NCBI RefSeq assembly: GCF_017348835.2
Contig: NZ_CP071375.1
Reading direction: 5' to 3' (one strand)
Length of the DNA: 64,000 nt
Origin: Escherichia coli
GTDB taxonomy: Bacteria > Pseudomonadota > Gammaproteobacteria > Enterobacterales > Enterobacteriaceae
Shown: positions 29,538 to 43,949 of the stretch, one piece after another
Layout: each line of letters begins with the position of its first letter
Numbering within the stretch: the stretch's first letter is position 1
Notes under the pieces: model-generated
The model's database searches: none
What the model saw: only the letters and a program-made list of their open reading frames with translations
What the model was told of the DNA's origin: nothing
Position numbers and translations under genes: made by a program

Positions 29538-30932
29538 ATGAAAAAATCGACATTATCTTTAGCCATCGGTTTATTATTGGCATGTAGTACCGGTATGGCA
29601 AAAACACAGCATTTAACGCTGGAACAACGCATGGCATTGCTGGAAGAACGCCTGGAAGCGGCAGAAATGCGGGCGGCAAAAGCAGAGAGCCAGGTTAAAC
29701 AGCTGCAGACACAACAAGCCGCTGAGATCCGCGAAATTAAGGCCGCTCAGGGCAATACGCCGGTAAATGGACAGGCAACGGCGGAATCTGCAAAGAAAAA
29801 TGCCACCTCACCTAATCTTTTGCTTTCAGGTTATGGCGATTTAAAAATCTACGGCGACGTAGAATTTAATATGGATGCGGAAAGTAATCATGGCCTGCTG
29901 GCAATGACCAACGCTGATGTGAATAGCGATCCCACTAATGAGCAGTGGAATCTCAATGGTCGTATTCTGTTAGGTTTTGATGGTATGCGAAAACTGGATA
30001 ATGGCTATTTCGCCGGGTTCTCCGCACAACCGCTGGGGGATATGCACGGTTCAGTAAATATCGATGATGCGGTATTCTTCTTTGGCAAAGAAAACGACTG
30101 GAAGGTCAAAGTAGGCCGTTTTGAAGCCTACGATATGTTCCCGTTGAATCAGGATACCTTTGTTGAACATTCCGGTAATACTGCGAACGATCTTTATGAC
30201 GATGGCAGCGGTTATATCTATATGATGAAAGAGGGCCGCGGGCGTTCTAACGCTGGCGGTAATTTCCTCGTCAGCAAACAACTCGATAACTGGTATTTTG
30301 AATTAAACACGTTACTTGAAGACGGAACATCTTTATATAATGACGGTAATTATCATGGACGTGATATGGAGCAGCAGAAAAATGTTGCTTATCTGCGCCC
30401 AGTAATTGCCTGGTCGCCGACGGAAGAATTCACCGTTTCCGCAGCGATGGAAACGAACGTGGTAAATAATGCTTATGGTTATACCGATAGCAAGGGTAAT
30501 TTTGTCGATCAGTCCGATCGTACCGGCTATGGTATGAGCATGACCTAGAATGGCTTGAAAACGGATCCGGACAATGGCATTGTGGTTAATCTTAATACCG
30601 CCTATTTAGATGCTAATAATGAGAAAGATTTCACTGCCGGGATTAACGCGCTGTGGAAACGTTTCGAGCTCGGTTATATCTACGCGCACAATAAGATTGA
30701 TGAATTCAGCGGTGTAGTTTGTGATAACGACTGCTGGATTGATGATGAAGGGACGTACACCATTCACACCATTCATGCGTCTTATCAGTTCGCTAATGTG
30801 ATGGATATGGAGAACTTTAATATTTACCTCGGGACGTATTACTCCATTCTGGATAGCGACGGCGATAAAAAACACGGTGATGATACTGATGACCGTTACG
30901 GCGCACGCGTTCGCTTTAAATACTTCTTCTGA
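29538..30932 (+). pseudogene. outer-membrane glycoporin-like gene (signal peptide, N-terminal coiled coil, beta-barrel, C-terminal Phe) interrupted by one in-frame amber codon; possibly RafY-family
   Basis: ORFs 29538-30548 and 30555-30932 are in the same frame, separated only by TAG at 30546-30548; total 464 codons; signal peptide MKKSTLSLAIGLLLACSTGMA; terminal ...RFKYFF. Confidence 0.7.
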
Positions 30933-30972
30933 TGAAGGCGCGGTGCTGGATATTTTCCGGCACCGCAACTCA

Positions 30973-31287
30973 TTAAGGCAGGTAAAACACTTCTTGCAGC
31001 TCGCTACTCACCGGGCTGTTATCCGGGTTAGCGGGCATAACATCGGTCATATATTTCCACCAACGTTGGCAAACATCAGTACTGGCAACCGCATTCCAGC
31101 GTTCTTCAGATTCAATCTCTACCATGGCAAACAGCAGATTACGCGCTTTGTCGAGATAGATGGCGTAGTTATGCGCACCGTGAGATTTCAGCACTGCTTC
31201 CAGTTCCGGCCAGATGGGATTATGCCGACGCTGATACTCTTCGTGGGCGTCGGGGTTTACCTGCATGACAAAGGCTTTGCGGATCAT
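30973..31287 (-). CDS. rhaM: L-rhamnose mutarotase
   Basis: 104-aa ORF, recognised RhaM (YiiL). Confidence 0.9.
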
Positions 31288-31296
31288 GTTTGCTCC

Positions 31297-32121
31297 TTAC
31301 AGCGCCAGCGCACTGGCGAGTGGTGTAACGCCGAAACGCTGGCCGAGCGCTATCAACTCTTCACGGCTTATAGTCTGTTTCATGCCGCCCATCGAATAAA
31401 CCTTCACTAATACTTGTGCTGATTTTTCTGCGGTGTCGATTAAACCGAATGTTTCATCCAGCGTCGGTCCGGAACCGAACACACCGTGGAAGGGCCACAA
31501 CACCAGCGAATGTTTCTGCATCTCTTGTGCGGTCGCCTGGCCGATTTCGTCCGTGCCGGGCACCATCCACGGCAGAATGCCAACGCCATCCGGGAATACC
31601 ACCAGACACTCGGTGCTGCCTTCCCACAGTTGGCGAGTAAAGACCGCGGTGTCGTTTTCCAGTACATAGGTGAGGGCGATCAGGTTGGTGGCGTGGCAGT
31701 GCATGATCACCCGATCTTTACTGTTGGTGGCTTTAATGCGCTCGCAGTGGGAAAGGAAGTGAGCCGGAAGTTCAGAAGTGGGAACGGCTTCGTTGGTTAA
31801 CCCCCAGAGAATATGGTAGCCCGCGCCATCGCTGTCGACTTTTACGACGCCTAAGTTAGCTGCAGGATCGAGCTGGACGTTACGGAAGAATTTGCCGGAG
31901 CCGGTGACAATAAACGGCGTATTTGCCAGTAAAGGCATGGGCTGGCTGAGCGGAATATAGCGCGGTTGTGGGTGGAAGTTGTCGTGATAAAGCGCGATAT
32001 CGGCGTCATCCAGGCGCAGCGTCAGGTTGCCGCCGTTGCGCTCGTCCCAGCCTTTCAGCCAGGCATCGGTGGTGGCTTTGATCATTCCCTGGACAAACCA
32101 GGATTGGGTAATGTTTTGCAT
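31297..32121 (-). CDS. rhaD: rhamnulose-1-phosphate aldolase
   Basis: ORF 31297-32211; start placed at [10 protein letters not shown] (274 aa). Confidence 0.9.
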   Translation of the reverse strand: MQNITQSWFVQGMIKATTDAWLKGWDERNGGNLTLRLDDADIALYHDNFHPQPRYIPLSQPMPLLANTPFIVTGSGKFFRNVQLDPAANLGVVKVDSDGAGYHILWGLTNEAVPTSELPAHFLSHCERIKATNSKDRVIMHCHATNLIALTYVLENDTAVFTRQLWEGSTECLVVFPDGVGILPWMVPGTDEIGQATAQEMQKHSLVLWPFHGVFGSGPTLDETFGLIDTAEKSAQVLVKVYSMGGMKQTISREELIALGQRFGVTPLASALAL

Positions 32122-32162
32122 GTTCTGTGTTCCTGTAAATTCGGTGTTGTCAGATGCACGAC

Positions 32163-32199
32163 CCGTAGGCCGGATAAGGCGCTCGTGCCGCATCCGGCA
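32163..32199. repeat. REP palindromic unit between rhaA and rhaD
   Basis: gtaggccggataaggcgctcgtgccgcatccggca. Confidence 0.7.
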
Positions 32200-32203
32200 G
32201 TGT

Positions 32204-35216
<3,013 letters not shown>

Positions 35217-36053
35217 ATGACCGTATTACATAGTGTGGATTTTTTTCCGTCTGGTAACGCGTCCGTGGCGATAGAACCCCGGCTCCCGCAGGCGGATTTT
35301 CCTGAACATCATCATGATTTTCATGAAATTGTGATTGTCGAACATGGCACGGGTATTCATGTGTTTAATGGGCAGCCCTATACCATCACCGGTGGCACGG
35401 TCTGTTTTGTGCGCGACCATGATCGGCATCTGTATGAACATACCGATAATCTGTGTCTGACTAATGTGCTGTATCGCTCGCCGGATCGATTTCAGTTTCT
35501 CGCCGGGCTGAATCAGTTGCTGCCACAAGAGCTGGATGGGCAGTATCCGTCTCACTGGCGCGTTAACCACAGCGTATTGCAGCAGGTGCGACAGCTGGTT
35601 GCACAGATGGAACAGCAGGAAGGGGAAAATGATTTACCCTCGACCGCCAGTCGCGAGATCTTGTTTATGCAATTACTGCTCTTGCTGCGTAAAAGCAGTT
35701 TGCAGGAGAACCTGGAAAACAGCGCATCACGTCTCAACTTGCTTCTGGCCTGGCTGGAGGACCATTTTGCCGATGAGGTGAATTGGGATGCCGTGGCGGA
35801 TCAATTTTCTCTTTCGCTGCGTACGCTACATCGGCAGCTTAAGCAGCAAACGGGACTGACGCCTCAGCGTTACCTGAACCGCCTGCGACTGATGAAAGCC
35901 CGACATCTGCTACGCCACAGCGAGGCCAGCGTTACTGACATCGCCTATCGCTGCGGATTCAGCGACAGTAACCACTTTTCGACGCTTTTTCGCCGAGAGT
36001 TTAACTGGTCACCGCGTGATATTCGCCAGGGACGGGATGGTTTTCTGCAATAA
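35217..36053 (+). CDS. rhaS: AraC-family activator RhaS
   Basis: 278-aa ORF, recognised RhaS. Confidence 0.92.
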   Translation: MTVLHSVDFFPSGNASVAIEPRLPQADFPEHHHDFHEIVIVEHGTGIHVFNGQPYTITGGTVCFVRDHDRHLYEHTDNLCLTNVLYRSPDRFQFLAGLNQLLPQELDGQYPSHWRVNHSVLQQVRQLVAQMEQQEGENDLPSTASREILFMQLLLLLRKSSLQENLENSASRLNLLLAWLEDHFADEVNWDAVADQFSLSLRTLHRQLKQQTGLTPQRYLNRLRLMKARHLLRHSEASVTDIAYRCGFSDSNHFSTLFRREFNWSPRDIRQGRDGFLQ

Positions 36054-36126
36054 CGCGAATCTACTCAACGTATTTGTACGCCATATTGCGAATAATCAAC
36101 TTCGTTCTCTGGCCGAGGTAGCCACG

Positions 36127-36975
36127 GTGGCGCATCAGTTAAAACTTCTCAAAGATGATTTTTTTGCCAGCGACCAGCAGGCAGTCGCTGTGGCTGACCG
36201 TTATCCGCAAGATGTCTTTGCTGAACATACACATGATTTTTGTGAGCTGGTAATTGTCTGGCGCGGTAATGGTCTGCATGTACTCAACGATCGCCCTTAT
36301 CGCATTACCCGTGGCGATCTCTTTTACATTCATGCTGACGATAAACACTCCTACGCTTCCGTTAACGATCTGGTTTTGCAGAATATTATTTATTGCCCGG
36401 AGCGGCTGAAGCTGAATCTTGACTGGCAGGGGGCGATTCCGGGATTTAGCGCCAGCGCAGGGCAACCACACTGGCGCTTAGGTAGCATGGGGATGGCACA
36501 GGCGCGGCAGGTTATCGGTCAGCTTGAGCATGAAAGTAGTCAGCATGTGCCGTTTGCTAACGAAATGGCAGAGTTGCTGTTCGGGCAGTTGGTGATGTTG
36601 CTGAATCGCCATCGTTACACCAGTGATTCGTTGCCGCCAACATCCAGCGAAACGTTGCTGGATAAGCTGATTACCCGGCTGGCGGCCAGCCTGAAAAGTC
36701 CCTTTGCGCTGGATAAATTTTGTGATGAGGCATCGTGCAGTGAGCGCGTTTTGCGTCAGCAATTTCGCCAGCAGACTGGAATGACCATCAATCAATATCT
36801 GCGACAGGTCAGAGTGTGTCATGCGCAATATCTTCTCCAGCATAGCCGCCTGTTAATCAGTGATATTTCGACCGAATGTGGCTTTGAAGATAGTAACTAT
36901 TTTTCGGTGGTGTTTACCCGGGAAACCGGGATGACGCCCAGCCAGTGGCGTCATCTCAATTCGCAGAAAGATTAA
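36127..36975 (+). CDS. rhaR: AraC-family activator RhaR
   Basis: ORF 36016-36975; GTG start at 36127 (282 aa) preferred over longer upstream ORF; start position is uncertain. Confidence 0.85.
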
Positions 36976-38006
36976 TTCGCCATGCCGATGCCGACGATGT
37001 TAGCGGCGACAATAATCACCACACAGCCGAGGCTCAACACCGTTACCGGACGGCGTCCTGCATTGTTCCACTCTTTCAGCACCAGCCCGACGATACCACC
37101 GCACAATACATAGAAGCTCATATGCAGCATCCAACTGATGTAGTCATACTGCGCCGGAATGCGGGCGTGGCCCCAGGCATAGAAAAAGAATTGCAGATAC
37201 CACATCAACCCGCCCAGTGCCGAGAGTAACACATTGTGAATGATCAGCGGTTTTGCCAGCGAGAAGTCGGCTTTTAGCGACAAATCCTTCACTTTTGCCA
37301 GACGAATAAAACAGAAACCGAGGTTGATGATCGCGCCGCCGCCCATGATGACAACATAGCTTGGCAGAGCGACATACAGTGGATCGACGCCTAGTGCGGC
37401 AGCGGCTTCATGCATCGGTTTTGCGGCGTTCATCGCAAAGGACATCCCGGCAGAGAAAATGCCGCACATCACCGCCAGCACCAGCCCTTTTTTCAGATTG
37501 AACTCTTCGGCTTTAATGCCCATCTTGCGCTCTTTCAACTGCCCGGCTCGAGTTACAATCCCTACGCCAATCAGCGCCACCAGAACGCCGAGCAACGTCA
37601 TGCGTCCGCCTTCGGTGTTAATCAGCACATCGAAATTGCCGTTGATAATTGGCGTCATCAGCGTACCGACAATCAACGTAATGCCAATGGCGATGCCAAT
37701 TCCCATCGACATGCCGAGATAACGCATGGTCAGGCCGTAGTTGATATTACCGATCCCCCACATAGCGCCGAACAGAAAAACAGGCAGCAGCGTAGAGAGA
37801 CTAAACGAGCTGTAATACGCCCAGAAATTCGGTAGTAACAGGGCGCTGATGGCCCACGGCAGAATAATCCACGAAACAATCCCACCGACTGACCACATGG
37901 TTTCCCATGACCATTTTTTTACTTTTTTGAACGGAGCGTAAAAACAGGCTGCACTGGCCGCGCCGATCAAATGCCAAAATATCCCCATCGTAATCGCGTT
38001 ACTCAT
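36972..38006 (-). CDS. rhaT: L-rhamnose:proton symporter
   Basis: 344-aa multi-TM ORF, recognised RhaT. Confidence 0.92.
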
Positions 38007-38194
38007 CTTCTTATCCTCATCATTTTTCGTCGCGTCACATCTCCGACGAGATGAGTGTAAAAATCGTGCTGTCGATTAACCTTTCGCCTGTTGCCGCCGT
38101 TGTCGATTTACTGGCAATCACGGCATTAAGTGGGTGATTTGCTTCACATCTCGGGCATTTTCCTGCAAAACCATACCCTTACGAAAAGTACGGC

Positions 38195-38219
38195 ATTGAT
38201 AATCATTTTCAATATCATT
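38195..38219. promoter_or_regulatory. Fur box in sodA promoter
   Basis: Palindromic ATTGATAATCATTTTCAAT matches Fur consensus GATAATGATAATCATTATC; about 75 bp upstream of sodA ATG. Confidence 0.5.
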
Positions 38220-38290
38220 TAATTAACTATAATGAACCAACTGCTTACGCGGCATTAACAATCGGCCGCCCGACAATACTGGAGATGAAT

Positions 38291-38911
38291 ATGAGCTATA
38301 CCCTGCCATCCCTGCCGTATGCTTACGATGCCCTGGAACCGCACTTCGATAAGCAGACCATGGAAATCCACCACACCAAACACCATCAGACCTACGTCAA
38401 CAACGCCAACGCGGCGTTGGAAAGCCTGCCAGAATTTGCCAACCTGCCGGTTGAAGAGTTGATCACCAAACTGGACCAGCTGCCAGCAGACAAGAAAACC
38501 GTACTGCGCAACAACGCTGGCGGTCACGCTAACCACAGCCTGTTCTGGAAAGGTCTGAAAAAAGGCACCACCCTGCAGGGTGACCTGAAAGCGGCTATCG
38601 AACGTGACTTCGGCTCCGTTGATAACTTCAACGCAGAATTTGAGAAAGCGGCAGCTTCCCGCTTTGGTTCCGGCTGGGCATGGCTGGTGCTGAAAGGCGA
38701 TAAACTGGCGGTGGTTTCTACTGCTAACCAGGACTCTCCGCTGATGGGTGAAGCTATTTCTGGCGCTTCCGGCTTCCCGATTCTGGGCCTGGATGTGTGG
38801 GAACATGCTTACTACCTGAAATTCCAGAACCGCCGTCCGGACTACATCAAAGAGTTCTGGAACGTGGTGAACTGGGACGAAGCAGCGGCACGTTTCGCGG
38901 CGAAAAAATAA
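38291..38911 (+). CDS. sodA: manganese superoxide dismutase
   Basis: ORF 38285-38911; start at [17 protein letters not shown] (206 aa), recognised SodA. Confidence 0.95.
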   Translation: MSYTLPSLPYAYDALEPHFDKQTMEIHHTKHHQTYVNNANAALESLPEFANLPVEELITKLDQLPADKKTVLRNNAGGHANHSLFWKGLKKGTTLQGDLKAAIERDFGSVDNFNAEFEKAAASRFGSGWAWLVLKGDKLAVVSTANQDSPLMGEAISGASGFPILGLDVWEHAYYLKFQNRRPDYIKEFWNVVNWDEAAARFAAKK

Positions 38912-38968
38912 TCATTTGCCGCCTGCTGCAATGAGGCGTTTACGCCGCATATCAGCTTAAAAAATGAA

Positions 38969-38995
38969 CCATCGCCAATGGCGGTGGTTTTTTTG
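38969..38995 (+). terminator. sodA rho-independent terminator
   Basis: ccatcgccaatggcggtgg stem-loop followed by T7 run. Confidence 0.7.
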
Positions 38996-39170
38996 TGATC
39001 AATTTCAAAATGAAAACAATGATCCGATAAAAATAAAACAGCGTTTCAATTGATGTGGTTTTGATCACTTTTATTGATTAAATGAATGTCTATCTTCGTT
39101 TCCATCAACACTGATGCTCCATTGAGGAATTACGCATCAGCCCTTAAAAATATGCCGACAGGTGATGGAA

Positions 39171-40154
39171 ATGCAGATAAAACGCTCGATTGAGAAAATC
39201 CCGGGGGGGATGATGCTCGTCCCGCTATTCCTTGGCGCACTGTGCCACACCTTCTCGCCGGGGGCGGGGAAATATTTTGGATCATTCACCAACGGGATGA
39301 TTACCGGTACGGTGCCCATTTTGGCGGTGTGGTTTTTTTGCATGGGGGCGTCAATAAAATTAAGCGCGACGGGAACGGTACTGCGTAAATCCGGTACGCT
39401 GGTGGTAACTAAAATTGCCGTCGCGTGGGTGGTTGCGGCAATTGCCTCGCGTATTATTCCGGAACATGGTGTTGAAGTTGGCTTCTTTGCCGGACTTTCA
39501 ACGCTGGCGCTGGTGGCGGCGATGGATATGACCAATGGCGGACTTTACGCTTCCATCATGCAGCAGTACGGCACAAAAGAAGAAGCTGGGGCATTTGTGT
39601 TGATGTCGTTGGAGTCCGGGCCGCTCATGACGATGATTATTCTGGGCACTGCCGGGATTGCCTCGTTTGAACCGCATGTTTTCGTCGGCGCAGTATTACC
39701 GTTCCTGGTGGGCTTTGCCCTGGGGAACCTTGACCCTGAATTACGAGAATTTTTCAGCAAAGCGGTGCAGACGCTGATTCCATTCTTTGCCTTCGCACTG
39801 GGCAATACCATTGATTTGACTGTAATTGCCCAGACAGGTTTGCTGGGGATCCTGTTGGGTGTGGCAGTAATTATCGTGACCGGTATTCCGTTGATTATCG
39901 CCGATAAATTGATTGGCGGTGGCGATGGCACTGCCGGAATTGCCGCTTCCAGTTCCGCAGGGGCCGCGGTAGCGACACCTGTGCTGATTGCAGAAATGGT
40001 GCCTGCGTTTAAACCGATGGCTCCGGCAGCAACTTCGCTGGTAGCGACGGCGGTCATTGTGACTTCGATTCTGGTGCCAATTCTTACCTCTATCTGGTCA
40101 CGTAAAGTCAAAGCCAGAGCAGCGAAAATCGAAATTTTAGGTACGGTGAAATAA
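39171..40154 (+). CDS. kdgT: 2-keto-3-deoxygluconate permease
   Basis: ORF 39162-40154; start at MQIKRSIEK (327 aa). Confidence 0.9.
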
Positions 40155-40302
40155 ACCTGCTTCCTTAATCCCCACAGCCGGATGAACTAACGTTCGTCCG
40201 GTTTGCTATTGAGTTCCTGCCTGGATACTTACCGCGAAAACAGCACGCCTGACATAAAATAAATATGGTCTAATGGGGAAATTTCTCGTGGAGAGGGAAC
40301 AG

Positions 40303-40977
40303 ATGCGATATCCGGTTGATGTATACACAGGCAAGATTCAGGCTTATCCCGAAGGCAAACCCAGCGCAATTGCCAAAATCCAGGTTGATGGTGAGTTGAT
40401 GCTGACGGAGCTGGGGCTGGAAGGTGACGAGCAGGCGGAGAAAAAGGTTCACGGCGGACCAGACAGAGCGCTGTGTCATTATCCTCGTGAGCATTATCTC
40501 TACTGGGCGCGGGAATTTCCGGAACAGGCGGAGTTGTTTGTTGCGCCTGCGTTTGGCGAAAATCTCTCAACCGACGGTCTCACGGAAAGTAATGTTTATA
40601 TTGGCGATATTTTCCGCTGGGGAGAGGCATTAATTCAGGTCAGCCAGCCGCGCTCGCCTTGCTATAAACTCAATTACCATTTTGATATCAGCGATATAGC
40701 GCAGTTGATGCAAAACACGGGTAAAGTGGGGTGGTTGTATAGCGTGATAGCGCCAGGGAAAGTGTCTGCGGACGCGCCGCTGGAGTTGGTTTCCCGTGTC
40801 AGCGATGTGACCGTGCAGGAGGCTGCTGCCATCGCATGGCATATGCCGTTTGATGACGATCAGTATCACCGTTTACTCTCCGCCGCCGGGTTATCGAAAA
40901 GCTGGACGCGGACGATGCAAAAGCGCCGACTGAGCGGCAAGATCGAAGATTTTTCCCGCCGGTTGTGGGGAAAATAA
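40303..40977 (+). CDS. yiiM: MOSC-domain protein YiiM
   Basis: ORF 40273-40977; start placed at MRYPVDVYTG (224 aa). Confidence 0.85.
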   Translation: MRYPVDVYTGKIQAYPEGKPSAIAKIQVDGELMLTELGLEGDEQAEKKVHGGPDRALCHYPREHYLYWAREFPEQAELFVAPAFGENLSTDGLTESNVYIGDIFRWGEALIQVSQPRSPCYKLNYHFDISDIAQLMQNTGKVGWLYSVIAPGKVSADAPLELVSRVSDVTVQEAAAIAWHMPFDDDQYHRLLSAAGLSKSWTRTMQKRRLSGKIEDFSRRLWGK

Positions 40978-40986
40978 CCCCCGGAG

Positions 40987-41072
40987 TGTAGGCCTGATAA
41001 GACGCTATCAGCGTCGCATCAGGCATCCTGCTCAAATGCCGGATGCGGCGTAAACGCCTTATCCTGCCTACA
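40987..41072. repeat. REP/BIME palindromic units between yiiM and cpxA
   Basis: gtaggcctgataagacgc...gcgtcgcatcaggca and gccggatgcggcgtaaacgccttatcctgcctaca. Confidence 0.75.
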
Positions 41073-41082
41073 AATGCGGAGT

Positions 41083-42456
41083 TTAACTCCGCTTATACAG
41101 CGGCAACCAAATCACCAGCCGTAAACCGCCCAGCGGGCTGTCTTCTGCCTTCACCCAGCCACGATGCTGCTGAATGGCGGTTTCAACAATCGCCAGCCCC
41201 AATCCTGTACCGCCAGATTCACGATCGCGTGCTTCATCGGTCCGATAGAACGGACGGAAAATCTGTTCGCGATCTTCCGGGCTAACGCCAGGACCATCGT
41301 CGTCCACCGTAATGGTGATACCGTCTTTATCTACCGCAAAGCCCACTTCAATCTTCGTATGGGAATAACGCAGAGCATTACGAACAATGTTTTCCAGCGC
41401 ACTTTCCAGGGCATTCGGATTGCCGTACAGCGGCCACGGCCCAGGCGGGAAGTTAACAGAAAACGACTTGCCCATCTGTTCTGCTTCAAACGCCGCGTTA
41501 TCCAGCACTTCGCCCCACAACTGGTTAGCTTTCAATGTCTCGCTTACCAGCGCGTTTTTCTGCTGATTACGTGACATCACCAACAGATCGTTGATCATGC
41601 TGTCCAGACGTTGTGCTTCGGTTTCAATACGCTCCAGTTCCTTGCTTTCGCCACTACGACGGCGCAGTAACGCCGTACCCAGTTGCAGACGCGTCAGCGG
41701 GGTGCGCAGCTCGTGAGAGATATCAGAAAGCAGACGCTGCTGAGAGGTCATCATGCGCTCCAGCGCGGTGACCATCTGGTTAAAACTGGCACCTGCGGCA
41801 AGGAATTCCTGTGGCCCCGCTTCCAGTTCCGGGTGCTGGCGTAAGTTTCCCTGGGCAACTTCATCGGCAGCGTTTTTCAGCTTACGCGCCGGTTTTGCCA
41901 GACTCCAGGCCAACCACAACAGCAGCGGCGTACTGACCAACATGGTGACAATCAGCAGTAATAGCGGGCGGTCAAACAGTAAGTTAATGAAATCGGATTG
42001 AGAACTGCTGGCCGGACGAATCAGATAAAGTTGGTAATTATCTTCGCCATCACGCACGGAGAACGGACCGACCAGTTCCACGCGGCCATACTTTTTCTTC
42101 TGCGGATGATCGGCGTTATCGGCCTGACCAATAAAGTTACGAATGATCTGCATTTCGCTGCGTTCAGCGCCGATCACGCGGCCTTCGGTGGTCACCAATA
42201 ACAAACGCTGTCCTGGCGGTGCCCACTTATCAATCGCCCGGAACAGACGCCGCCACCACATTAAATCGTTGGGCGGATCGTTCGCCAGCTCCGCTTCAAC
42301 ATGCTGCTCAATCATCAGACCCTGACGCTGTTCGCTATCCAGAAGCTCGGTCATCTGGCGTGAATCGAGCTTGGGTAACATCAAAACCAACATCAACACC
42401 AGCGCCAGCGTCAGCCAGAAGATGGCGAAGATGCGCGCGGTTAAGCTGCCTATCAT
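41083..42456 (-). CDS. cpxA: envelope-stress sensor histidine kinase CpxA
   Basis: 457-aa ORF, recognised CpxA; overlaps cpxR by 4 bp. Confidence 0.95.
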   Translation of the reverse strand: MIGSLTARIFAIFWLTLALVLMLVLMLPKLDSRQMTELLDSEQRQGLMIEQHVEAELANDPPNDLMWWRRLFRAIDKWAPPGQRLLLVTTEGRVIGAERSEMQIIRNFIGQADNADHPQKKKYGRVELVGPFSVRDGEDNYQLYLIRPASSSQSDFINLLFDRPLLLLIVTMLVSTPLLLWLAWSLAKPARKLKNAADEVAQGNLRQHPELEAGPQEFLAAGASFNQMVTALERMMTSQQRLLSDISHELRTPLTRLQLGTALLRRRSGESKELERIETEAQRLDSMINDLLVMSRNQQKNALVSETLKANQLWGEVLDNAAFEAEQMGKSFSVNFPPGPWPLYGNPNALESALENIVRNALRYSHTKIEVGFAVDKDGITITVDDDGPGVSPEDREQIFRPFYRTDEARDRESGGTGLGLAIVETAIQQHRGWVKAEDSPLGGLRLVIWLPLYKRS

Positions 42457-43151
42457 GAAGCAGAAACCATCAGGTAGCCGCGACCACGCAAGGTTTTAAA
42501 CCACGGGTGACCATCTTTACGATCCGGCAGTTTACGACGCAGGTTGGAAATGTGCATATCGATAGCGCGGTCGAAAGGCGTCAGGCGTTTGCCCAGCACT
42601 TCCTGGCTTAAATGTTCACGGGAAACCACCTGACCCAGATGCTGTGCCAGCAAATAGAGCAGGGTAAACTCAGTACCGGTTAACTCCAGCGTTTGCCCGT
42701 CGAAGCTGGCTTCCTGACGGCCTGGATTCAGCACTAAGGCATCAACTTCCAGTGTCGGTGAACCGTTGTCGTTGTTTTGCTGTTGCTCGCTCCAGTGCGA
42801 ACGGCGCAGGATCGCGCGAATACGTGCCACCAGCTCACGATCATTAAACGGTTTCGGGAGATAGTCATCTGCGCCCAGCTCAAGGCCGAGAACGCGATCA
42901 AGTTCACTGCCGCGCGCCGTCAACATAATGACAGGCGTCTGGTGTGTCTGGCGAAGTGCTTTTAATGTGTCGATACCATTTTTCTTCGGCATCATTACGT
43001 CAAGCAAAAGTAAATCAATGCTGTCGTCCAGAAGATCAAGCGCCTGTTCCCCATCGTGGGCAACAATCACGTTGAAGCCTTCCATCTCGAGCAGCTCCTT
43101 TAATAGGGAAGTCAGCTCTCGGTCATCATCAACTAACAGGATTTTATTCAT
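42453..43151 (-). CDS. cpxR: envelope-stress response regulator CpxR
   Basis: 232-aa ORF, OmpR-family, recognised CpxR. Confidence 0.95.
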   Translation of the reverse strand: MNKILLVDDDRELTSLLKELLEMEGFNVIVAHDGEQALDLLDDSIDLLLLDVMMPKKNGIDTLKALRQTHQTPVIMLTARGSELDRVLGLELGADDYLPKPFNDRELVARIRAILRRSHWSEQQQNNDNGSPTLEVDALVLNPGRQEASFDGQTLELTGTEFTLLYLLAQHLGQVVSREHLSQEVLGKRLTPFDRAIDMHISNLRRKLPDRKDGHPWFKTLRGRGYLMVSAS

Positions 43152-43206
43152 TGTTTAAATACCTCCGAGGCAGAAATTACGTCATCAGACGTCGCTAATC
43201 CATGAC

Positions 43207-43221
43207 TTTACGTTGTTTTAC
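43207..43221. promoter_or_regulatory. CpxR box (GTAAA-N5-GTAAA) in divergent cpxR / cpxP promoter region
   Basis: Plus strand tttacgttgttttac; reverse complement GTAAAacaacGTAAA is a perfect match to the CpxR consensus. Confidence 0.75.
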
Positions 43222-43297
43222 ACCCCCTGACGCATGTTTGCAGCCTGAATCGTAAACTCTCTATCGTTGAATCGCGACAGAAAGATTTTGGGAGCAA

Positions 43298-43801
43298 ATG
43301 ATGCGCATAGTTACCGCTGCCGTCATGGCCTCAACGCTGGCAGTCAGTTCATTAAGCCACGCTGCTGAAGTCGGTTCAGGCGATAACTGGCATCCGGGTG
43401 AAGAACTTACGCAGCGCAGTACGCAGAGCCATATGTTCGACGGCATAAGTTTAACCGAACATCAGCGTCAGCAGATGCGAGATCTTATGCAACAGGCCCG
43501 GCACGAACAGCCTCCTGTTAATGTTAGCGAACTGGAGACAATGCATCGCCTTGTCACCGCAGAAAATTTTGATGAAAACGCTGTGCGCGCACAGGCAGAA
43601 AAAATGGCGAATGAGCAAATTGCTCGGCAGGTTGAGATGGCAAAAGTCCGCAACCAAATGTATCGCCTGTTAACGCCGGAGCAGCAAGCGGTTTTAAACG
43701 AGAAACATCAACAACGAATGGAGCAGTTGCGTGACGTGACGCAATGGCAAAAAAGTTCATCGTTGAAGCTATTGAGTAGTAGCAACTCACGTTCCCAGTA
43801 G
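43298..43801 (+). CDS. cpxP: periplasmic Cpx pathway inhibitor/adaptor CpxP
   Basis: 167-aa ORF with signal peptide and LTXXQ motifs ([21 protein letters not shown]). Confidence 0.92.
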
Positions 43802-43811
43802 TAAACCCTGT

Positions 43812-43869
43812 TTTCCTTGCCATAGACACCATCCCTGTCTTCCCCCACATGATGTGGGGGTTTTTTTTA
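43812..43869 (+). ncRNA. cpxQ: CpxQ, cpxP 3'UTR-derived sRNA (position approximate)
   Basis: Established knowledge that CpxQ is processed from the cpxP 3'UTR ending at its terminator; 5' boundary not determinable from sequence. Confidence 0.45.
43842..43869 (+). terminator. cpxP rho-independent terminator
   Basis: cccccacatgatgtggggg stem-loop followed by T9 run. Confidence 0.8.
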
Positions 43870-43949
43870 TCCTCAATTTGCCTGCTGCTTAATGCATTGC
43901 AGATGATTTGCTTCCGTTATACTAGCGTCAGTTGATAGCGGGAGTATTT

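Noticed and set aside
30555-30932. 125-aa ORF listed as an independent gene (TTG start)
   Set aside because: It is in the same frame as the upstream 336-aa ORF and separated only by one TAG, so it is the C-terminal part of the interrupted porin gene.
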